64,000 nt of DNA. Origin: the human T2T-CHM13v2.0 reference genome, Homo sapiens. Position numbers and translations under genes: made by a program. Location of the stretch: NCBI RefSeq assembly GCF_009914755.1, contig NC_060928.1. The stretch is one strand, 5' to 3'. Under the pieces are notes generated by a model that did no database searches, was not told the DNA's origin, and saw nothing but the letters and a program-made list of their open reading frames with translations. This document shows positions 52,047 to 64,000 of this stretch, in pieces. Position 1 is the first letter of the stretch. Each line of letters starts with the position of its first letter.

Positions 52047-53214
52047 CTACCAAGGAAATGAAGCTGAGAAAGGCCTTTATTATGTGTTACAAATTAATTG
52101 TGCCAGTTTTCTGCTCTTGGCAATAATACTTTTGCAGATGGTTTCTACCGAAATATCATCATCATATTACTGAGATTGATTGTACCAGAGAAAATTTTTT
52201 GTTAACCCAAGAAGTTGATATGTTTAAGATGTTAGAATCATAGATTTGCTAGAAGAATAAAAAGAAACATGCACTTTGAAGGCAAAGTTTCTGACAGTAG
52301 AAGAAGAGAGAAGAAGAAAAACAAGCAAATCTATAGTTTAAAATATTTGAGAGAAATGTAACTCATAAGTATTTGGGCAGGACAGTATGATTATATTTTT
52401 CATGTTGATGAAAAATTATGTTTTTGGCTAATATTACAGAATATCTGAAATGGTTTCATAATTTTTGTCTGATTTTAGCTACTATAATAGTAGCTTAAAA
52501 AAGTGATAAATTTTAAATTTTTTAATACAGGGGTGCTAACCTGCCCAGCATCTCTCTCCTCAATAGGAAATACATAATGTTTGTGATGAGGCATATCGGT
52601 TTTCTTTCGCCCATCACATACTTAGTGCTCCTGAAGTATTTATTACAGAGTGAGGTAGAATTAGAAACAGCTCTATTTGGCAATATTACCCCCAATTCTA
52701 GATAATTTAAAACCACAGCACCAGGGGCCAAATGTACAATATTGTACAAGTATATAATTTAAAAAATATATAGTACTTTAAAATATTTATTGTGGGGAAA
52801 TGAGAATATTAATCATAATTTAAAATCTTATTATATTGTACTATAGCTAAGCACTTTGACCTACTACCTTTTAATGTTAAAAATCCTGGGAAAATATCTC
52901 ATAGGATAAGTTGGAAGAGTAAATGAATCACCATGGAGATTTATACTTTTGTTAAAGTAGCATTATGAGACATAAGACTTGAGTACACTGCCTCCAAGAA
53001 CTCAATTTTTATTTGTTGTTCTACTCTATGTTTAATTGTACACAAGGAAATAAATGGAGCATTTTGCTGTCCCTAAAAAAGCCAATAAAGAAAACCAACC
53101 TACTGTAGAGTACAGGGGTGATTTTAGACATAGAATTCCACTTTCCAGATATATATTCTTATCTGTATAATTAGAAAGTTTAGAGGATCTGATGAAGCTC
53201 AACTGTCTGCTATT

Positions 53215-53247
53215 TTATATAATTGCTGGGTGCCAGCAATTATATAA
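53215..53247. repeat. Perfect 15-bp inverted repeat, 3-nt spacer
   Basis: ttatataattgctgg-gtg-ccagcaattatataa. Confidence 0.95.
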
Positions 53248-53719
53248 TGTACAATGATGATAATAGTGACACCTCTCATGTTTCTCAAAGGTTTCTCTTT
53301 ACTTGTCAAGTAGGGAATCATATTTCCTGCCAATTATGGGAGCATGAATGACCAAATAGCAAAGATGACTCTCTTGCACTTACTTATAGTGTAAGGTCAT
53401 AATTACATTTGGTTATAAGTTTGTAGATGGCAAAACAATCCATTTGAAAATCCATTAACTTATAATCTAAGCTTTGGAAGTAGACAGGTGGCATTTCTCC
53501 AAGACACAATCCCTAATATTTTGTATAATTTACTTTTAACATGTCCTGCATTTCTGGGTTACACATCCCACATCTCTTTATCTTTCTGATATAAAGGGTG
53601 AATAAAAGGGGTACCTTCTACAATTACATCATATGGTCTTGAGATTTTGTGTATGTCAGTGAGGACTTAGTAAAAATACTAATTCTTTACAAATAATTTG
53701 TTGATATGAAGAAGCAATT

Positions 53720-54350
53720 TCCTTTTTAAAGTGTTTATTTTGAATTATGAAATATTTAAGGATAAAGTTCCCAAAGTTATGTAACATATGTCTGTAAGCA
53801 CACAACCCTGATGAAAAAGATGTCAACATTTTGCTATCTCTGCTTCAAATTTCTATTTTAAAAGCCATGAAATGGTACAAATAAAGTTAATGCCCTCCTC
53901 ATCTATTTGTCTTTCTCTCACTGGTATAACATCACTCACATGGTGTTGGTGTGAATCATTGCTATTAAGCTTTACGTTTTCACTACATAATTCATGTAAC
54001 CAAAAACAGTATATATGATTTGCTTTAGCTATTTCAAAAATTTACATAAATGACATCCTTCTGTATACGTCCTTTTGCAAATTATTTTTTCATTCAACAT
54101 TGTATTTTTAAGATTTATTCATGTTCATAAACATAGCTCTAATATCTGTTTCAACTGTTTTACAATATTTTATTGAATGAATAAACAATTTCCCAACTGG
54201 GGACCATTTGAATTGTTTCACTTTTTCTTTTTTTATAAACAGTGCTACATTAAACATCCTTATATATGCCTCATTTCTTACATGCTTCAGAGTTTCTCAA
54301 GGTTAGAAACATAGAAGAGAATTTGCTGGATCCTGAGTATGTACATCTTC
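53720..54350 (-). mobile_element. L1ME3-like 3' end
   Basis: gtttattttgaattatgaaatatt...tttacataaatgacatcc...agatttattcatgtt...aaacatccttatata. Confidence 0.65.
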
Positions 54351-55368
54351 TGTTGTGGGAAGTCAGGGACCCCGCACGGAGGGACCGGCTGGAGCCATGG
54401 CAGAGGAAAACAAATTGTGAAGATTTCATTTTAATATGGACATTTATCAGTTCCCAAATAATGCTTTTATAATTTCTTATGCCTGTCTTTACTTTAATCT
54501 CTTAATCCTGTTATCTTCATAAGCTGAGGATGTACGTCATCTCAGGACCACTGTGATAATGTGTTAACTGTACAAATTGATTGTGTAACATATGGGTTTG
54601 AACAATATGAAATCAGTGCACCTTAAAAAAGAACAGAATAACAGTGATTTTTAGGGAACAAGGGAAGACAACCATAAGGTCTGGCTGCCTGTGATGTTGG
54701 GCAAAAAAAGCCATATTTTTCTTCTTGCAGAGAGCCTATAAACAGATGTGCAAGTAGGAGAGATATCACTAAATTCTTTTCCTAGCAAGAAATATTAATA
54801 TCCTGGGAAAGGAATGCATTCCTGGGGGGAGGTCTATAAACGGCCGCTCTGGGAGTGTCTGTCCTATGCACTTGAGATAAGGACTGAGATACGCCCTGGT
54901 CTCCTGCAGTACCCTCAGGCTTATTAGTATGGGGAAAAACTCTGCCCTGGTAAATTTGTGGTTAGACCTGTTCTCTGATCTTGAACCCTGTTTTCTGTTG
55001 TTTAAGATGTTTATCAAGACAATACGTGCACAGCTGAACATAGACCCTTATCAGTAGTTCTGTTTTGCCTTTTGTCCTGTTCCCTCATAAACATGCGACC
55101 TTTGTTCGCTTTTTGCCCTTTGAAGCATGTGATTTTTATACCTACTCCCTGTTCTTCCACCCCCTCCCCTTTTGAAATCCTTAATAAAAACTTGCTGGTC
55201 TGAGACTCAGGTGGGCATCACGGTCCTACCGATATGTGATGTCACCCCTGGTGGCCCAGATGTAAAATTCCTCTCTTTGTACTCTTTCTCTTTATTTCTC
55301 AGCCAGCTGACACTTATGGCAAATAGGAAAAACCTACATTGAAATATTGGGGGCGGGTTCCCCTGATA
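54351..55368 (+). mobile_element. MER11A (HERV-K11/HML-8) solo LTR
   Basis: tgttgtgggaagtcagggacccc...gaaatattgggggcgggttcccctgata; 6-bp TSD atcttc/accttc; TATAAA 54835, AATAAA 55183. Confidence 0.93.
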
Positions 55369-55389
55369 ACCTTCCACTTCAGCATTGAG

Positions 55390-55990
55390 TGGGTGTAATA
55401 GGAGATGCTCAAGGGGATCCATTGCATGGATCCAAACAATGGATCCAAATATACTCCTCCCTGCCCCATTTTGGAGCTGCAACTCTATTTTCCCTTTTAA
55501 AGACCAGTCATTCCAGACCTAGAGTCATATGGACCACACAGGACCAAAGTGGGTGGCCTTCTGTGTCACTCTGAGGGATATCAGGATCAACTAGTCACAG
55601 CCAAATATTCTTGTAGTTCAAATCCTCCTGATTACCATGCTGGCCCAACTGCCTTGTATACATATGTCTGCCTATATGTCTGCCTTACCTCTGGTAATTA
55701 AGTGCAACCTCTCCTATCTTTATTCCCAGAGTGCAGTCACTACTCTAGGGCTTTTCAAGAATGCTAATGTTCCCCAGGCCAAAGTAACTTTCAATGTTTT
55801 GGTGAAGACAGTGTTCTCCAAACCCTTTCAGGGTACCTAATTAGACATGAGTAAACTGGTTGCACGTGGTAAATCCACTCCAACATTTGTATCTTTTAAA
55901 TTCCCTCTTCTACATAATACCCAAAATCCTGTCATCTCAACTTCATTCAGCATAGGCCATTATTGAACCCAGGTGTTAGTAATTCAACTG
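55390..55990 (-). mobile_element. ERV-L internal (gag) remnant
   Basis: Minus-strand translation WPMLNEVEM...YVEEGI*KIQMLEWIYHVQP...GLENTVFTKTL resembles ERV-L/HERV16 Gag; multiple stops. Confidence 0.75.
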
Positions 55991-55992
55991 AA

Positions 55993-56044
55993 GTGGCAGC
56001 CCTAGAGCTGTGCTGCTCAGATTTTCCTTCAAGAATTTGCTGAG
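55993..56044 (+). mobile_element. LTR16C-like 5' fragment
   Basis: gtggcagccctagagctgtgctgctcagattttccttcaagaa resembles the LTR16 start; cut by L1MD. Confidence 0.45.
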
Positions 56045-59295
<3,251 letters not shown>

Positions 59296-59393
59296 TTAAT
59301 TTCCTTTGGATATACACCCAGTAGTGAGATTGCTGTATCATATGGTAGCTTAATTTTTAATTTTTCAAGAAGCCTCCATATTGTTTGTCATAA

Positions 59394-60731
59394 TGAGAGG
59401 TGACAGTGTGCTGGCAGCCCTCACAGCCCTCGCTCGCTATGAGCACCTCCTCTGCCTGGGCTCCCACTTTGGTGGCACTTGAGGAGCCCTTCAGCCCGCC
59501 GCTGCACTTTGGGAGCCCCTTCCTGGGCTGGCTGAGGCCGGAGCTGGCTCCCTCAGCTTGTGGGGAGGTGTGGAGGGAGAGGTGCGGGTGGGAACCCGGG
59601 CTGCACCTGGTGCTCGCGGGCCAGCACGAGTTCCGGGTGGGTGTGGGCTCGGCGGGCCCCACACTCCGAGCCGCCAGCCAACCCTCCCAGCCCTGGGCAA
59701 TGAGGAGCTTAGCACCTGGGCCAGTGGCTGCAGAGGGTGTGCTGGGTCCCCCAACAGTGCCGGCCCACCGGCGCTGCACTTGATTTCTCACTGGGCCTTA
59801 GCCGCCTCCCTGTGGGGCAGGGCTCGGGACCTGCAGCCTGCCATGCCTGAGCCTCCCCAACCCTCCGTGGGCTCCTGTGTGGCCCGAGCCTCCCCGACGA
59901 ACGCCGCCCCCTGCTCCACCCTGGCGCCCAGTCCCATCGACCACTCAAGGGCTGAGGAGTGTGGGCAAACGGCGCCGGACTGGCAGGCAGCTCCACCTGT
60001 GGCTCCCGGTATGGGATCCACTGGGTAAAGCCAGCTGAGCTCCTGACTGGTGGGGACTTGGAGAACCTTTATGTCTAGCTAAGGGATTGTAAATACACCA
60101 ATCGGCACTCAGTATCTAGCTCAAGGTTTGTAAACACACCAATCAGCACCCTGTGTCTAGCTCAGGGTTTGTGAATGCACCAATCAACACTCTGTATCTA
60201 GCTACTCTGGTGGGGACTTGAAGAACCTTTGTGTTGACACTCTGTATCTAGCTAATCTAGTGGGGATGTGGAGAACCTTTGTGTCTAGCTCAGGGATTGT
60301 AAACGCACCAATCAGCACCCTGTCAAAACAGAGGGCTGGGCTCTCTGTAAAATGGACCAATCAGCAGGATGTGGGTGGGGCCAGATAAGAGAATAAAAGC
60401 AGGCTGCCCGAGCTAGCAGTGGCAACCTGCTCAGGTCCCCTTCCACACTGTGGAAGCTTTGTTCTTTTGCTCTTTGCAATAAATCTTGCTGCTGCTCACT
60501 CTTTGGGTCCATACTGCCTTTATGAGCTGTAACACCACGAAAGTCCGCAGCTTCACTCTTGAGCCAGCGAGACCACGAATCCACCAGAAGGAAGAAACTC
60601 CGAACACATCCAAACATCAGAAGGAACAAACTCCGGATATGCTGCCTTTAAGAACTGTAACACTCACCGCGAGGGTCTGCGGCTTCATTCTTGAAGTCAG
60701 TGAGACCAAGAACCCACCAATTCTGGACACA
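59394..60731 (+). mobile_element. LTR12C (ERV9) solo LTR
   Basis: tgagaggtgacagtgtgctggcag...gaacccaccaattctggacaca; 4-bp TSD ataa; CpG-rich U3; tandem CCAAT units. Confidence 0.95.
60098..60420 (+). promoter_or_regulatory. LTR12C promoter core (NF-Y CCAAT boxes, GATA, TATA-like)
   Basis: CCAAT at 60098, 60139, 60180, 60308, 60357; AGATAA 60383; AATAAAA 60392. Confidence 0.6.
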
Positions 60732-60940
60732 ATAATGGCTATAGCAATTTACATTCCCACCAATAGTGTATGAGGGTTCCCTTTTCTCCACATCCTGGCC
60801 AACACTTAACCTTTTGTGGTTTTGATAATAGTCATTCGGACACGTATGAAGTGATGTCTCCTTGTGATTTTGATTTGCATTGCCCTGCTGGCCATTTATA
60901 TGTCTTCATTTAGGAAATGTCTATCAAGTTTTTTGCCTAT

Positions 60941-61342
60941 TGCTATGGTTTGAATGCTGGTGTCACCTCCAAAACTCATGTCAAAACTTAATCTCCAGTG
61001 GAACAATATTAAAAGTGGGGCCTTTAGGAGGTTTTTAAGTCATAAGGGCAGAACCTTCCTTAATGGAATTGGTAACCTCATAAAAGGGGTGAGGGGGACT
61101 AGCTTACTCACTTTGCCCCTTTTATAAAATCTTTCTGCCATGTAAGGACACAGCATTTGTCCCTTTTGGAGGATGCAGTGACAAGGGTTTTCTTGGTAAC
61201 TGAGAGCAGCACTTACCAGACACTGAATGTCAGCACCTTAAGCTTGGACTTCCAAGCATCCGGAAGTGTAAGAAATTAATTTCTATTGTGTATAAATTAC
61301 CTAGTCTCAAGTATGTCACAGGATCACAAAAAATCTAAGAAA
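60941..61342 (+). mobile_element. MSTC/MSTD MaLR solo LTR
   Basis: tgctatggtttgaatg...ctgccatgtaaggacacagc...ataaattacctagtctc...ctaagaaa; TSD cctat/ccaat. Confidence 0.85.
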
Positions 61343-61414
61343 CCAATTTTTAAATTGGGTCATTTGTTTCCTTGCTATTTAGTCATTTGAGTTCCTTTTT
61401 CTGATTTTTAAAAA

Positions 61415-64000
61415 AAATTATTTTAGGTTTAAAAGTGCATGTGCAGGTTTGTTATATAGGTAAACTCATGCCATGGTGGTTTGATACTAAGATTATTTCA
61501 TCACCCAGATACTAAGCCTAGTACCAAATAGTTATGTTTTCTGCTCCTCTCCCCAGTCCCACCCTCCAACCTCAGTGTGTGTTGTTCCCCTCTATGTGTC
61601 CATGTGTTCTCATCATTTAGCTCCCACTTCTAAGTGAGAACATGCGACATTTGTTTTTCTATTCCTGTGTTACTTTGCTAGTGACAATGACCTCCAGCTC
61701 CATCCATGTTCTTGCAAAGAACATAATCTTGTTCTTTCTATGGCTGCATAGTATTCCATGGTGTATATGTACCACATTTTTGTTATCCAGTCTACCACTG
61801 ATGGGCATTTACATTGATTCCATGTCTTTGCTATTGTGAATAGTGCTGCAATGAACATATGCATGCATTTTTTTATAATAGAAGGATTTATATTCCTTTG
61901 GGTATATACCCAGTAACGGGATTGCTGGTCGATTGGTAGTTCTGTCCTTAGGTCTTTGAGGAATTTGCCACACTGGTTGAACTAATTTACACTCTCACCA
62001 ATAGTATATAAACATTCCGTTTTTCTCCACAATCTCACCAGCACTTGTTATTTTTTGACTTCTCATAATAGCCATTCTGACTGGTAAGAGATGATATCTC
62101 ATTGTGGTTTTGATTTGCATTTCTCTAGTGATCAATAATATTGACCTTTTTTTTCATATGCTTGCTTGCCACATGTACGTCTGCTTTCAAAAAGTGTCTG
62201 TTTATGTCCTCTGCCCATTTTTTAATGGGGTTGTTTGTTTTTCTTTGGTAAATTTGTTTAAGTTCCTTATTATAGTTGCTGGATATTAGACCTTTCTCAG
62301 ATATATAATTTGCAAATATTTTCTCCCATTCTATATATTGTCTCTTCACTCTGTTGGTAGTTTCTTTTGCTTTGCAGAAGCTCTTAAGTTTAATTAGATC
62401 TCATTTGTCAATTTTTGCTTTGTTGCAATTGCTTTTGGTGTCTTTGTCATGAAATATATCAAGTTCCTATGTCCAGAATGATATTGCCTATGTTGTCTGC
62501 CAGGGTTTTCATAATTTGAGGTTTTAAATTTAAGTCTTTAATCCATCTGGAGTTGATTTTTGTATATGGTATAAGGAAGGGGTCCAGTTTCAATCTTCTG
62601 CATATGGCTATCCAATTATCCCAGCACCATTTATTGAACTGGGAGTCCTTTCCCCATTGATTGTTTTTGTCAACCTTGTCAAAGATCAGATGATTGTAGT
62701 ATTTGGCTTTATTTATGGGTTCTGTAACCCATTCCATTGGTCTACATGTCTATTTTTGTACCAGTACCATGCTGTTTTGGTTACTGTAGCCTTGTAGTGT
62801 AGTTCAAAGTCAGGTAGTATGATGCTCTTGGCTTGTTCTTTTGCTTAGTATTGCCTTGGCTATTTAGGATCTTTTTTGTTTCCATATGTATTTTAGAATA
62901 GTTTTTTTTTCTAATTCTGTGAAAAATGTAATTGGTAGTTTGGTAGGAGTAACACTGAATCTGTCAATTGCTTGGGGCAGTGTCCATTTTAACAATATTG
63001 ATTCTTCCTATCCTTGAACATGGAATGTTTTTCCATTTGTTTGTGTCATCTCTGATTTCTTTTAGCAGTGTTTAGTAATTTTCTTTGTAGACATCTTTCT
63101 CCTTCCTGGTTAGCTGTATTCCTAGGTATTTTATTCTTTTTGTGGCAACTGTCAATTGGATTGTTTTCCTTATCTGGCTGTCAGCTTGGTTGTTATTTGT
63201 ATATAGAAATGCTAATGAATTTTGTATGTTGATCTTGTATTCAGAAATTTTGCTGAGGTTGTTTATCAGATTAAGGAACTTTTGGGCTGAGACTATGGGG
63301 TTTTCTAGATAGAGAATCATGTTGTCTGCCAACAGGGATAGTTTGGCTTTCAGTCTTCCTATTTGGATGCCTTTTATTTTTTTCTCTTGCCTGATTGCTC
63401 TGGCCAGGACTTTCAATACTATGCTGAGTGGGAGCAGTGAAAGGGGCCATTCTTGTCTTGTTCTGATTTTCAAGGGGAATGCTTCCAGCTTTTGACCATT
63501 CAGTATGGTGTTGGTTGTGGGTTTGTCATAGATGGCCCTTATTATTTTGAGGTATATTCCTTCAATACCTAGTTTGTTTAGAGTTTGTAACATGAAAGAA
63601 TGTTGAATTTTATCAGAAGCCTTTTCTGCATCTACCAAGATGATCATGTGGTTTTCTGTCTTCAGTTCTGTTTATGTGATGAATCGCATTTATTGGTTTG
63701 CGTATGTTGAACCAAACTTGCATCCTGGGAACAAAGCCTACTTGATCATGGTGGATTAGCTTTTCGATGTGTTGCTGAATTCAGTCTTCTAGTACTTTAA
63801 TGAGAAATTTTGCAACAATGTTCATCAAGGATATTGGCCTGACATTTTCTTTTGTTGTTGTCTCTCTGCCAGGTGTTGGTATCAGGATAATACTGGTCTC
63901 ATAGAATGAGTTAGGGAGGAGTTCTTCCTTTTCAATTTTTTAGAATAGTTTCAGTAGTAATGATACCAGCTCTTCTTTGTACACCTGGTAGAATTTGGCT
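61415..64000 (-). mobile_element. L1PA13-like LINE-1 (continues past window end)
   Basis: L1PA 3'UTR antisense; ORF 63072-63647 is an RT fragment ([11 protein letters not shown]...[13 protein letters not shown]). Confidence 0.92.

Larger units (their letters stand above)
59299..61400 (-). mobile_element. L1MA-like ORF2 3' fragment split by LTR12C and MST insertions
   Basis: ctccatattgtttgtcataa|tggctatagcaatttacattcccacc reads through once LTR12C is removed. Confidence 0.75.

Noticed and set aside
59357-60028. Multiple 77-156 aa ORFs on both strands
   Set aside because: GC-rich LTR12C U3 lacks stops by composition; no protein similarity recognised
63072-63647. 191-aa reverse-transcriptase-like ORF (also 14737-15390, 42606-43106, 57008-57376)
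   Set aside because: Fragments of dead L1 ORF2 bounded by stops and frameshifts; catalytic FADD is mutated in two of them (LADN, FTDY)

Overview
This is AT-rich catarrhine-primate (human/ape-like) genomic DNA, judged from its Alu (J/S), L1PA, THE1B, MER11A and LTR12C content. By eye about three quarters is interspersed repeat, with several nested L1 layers: L1ME/MC/MD/MB/MA up to L1PA7-16, including one full-length ~8.2-kb L1PA15/16-type copy with target-site duplications (TSDs). It also holds LTRs or LTR fragments (MER84-like, MER21A, THE1B, LTR10C, MER11A, LTR12C, MST, MLT1I plus internal sequence), an ERV-L gag remnant, and L2/MIR/CR1/MER2 relics. I recognise no intact protein-coding gene, RNA gene or CRISPR array; nearly all listed ORFs are L1 ORF2 debris, antisense frames or simple-repeat frames. 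The window reads as a large intron or gene desert. The best leads are: three + strand exon candidates at 23.7-27.4 kb that splice in frame into a 69-aa micro-ORF; an LTR10C whose expanded unit triplicates a minus-strand splice donor; a few minus-strand exon candidates; two enhancer-like motif clusters; and a perfect 15-bp hairpin. Subfamily names come from recalled consensus sequences. Boundaries without TSDs are approximate, and everything needs RepeatMasker/RNA-seq confirmation.
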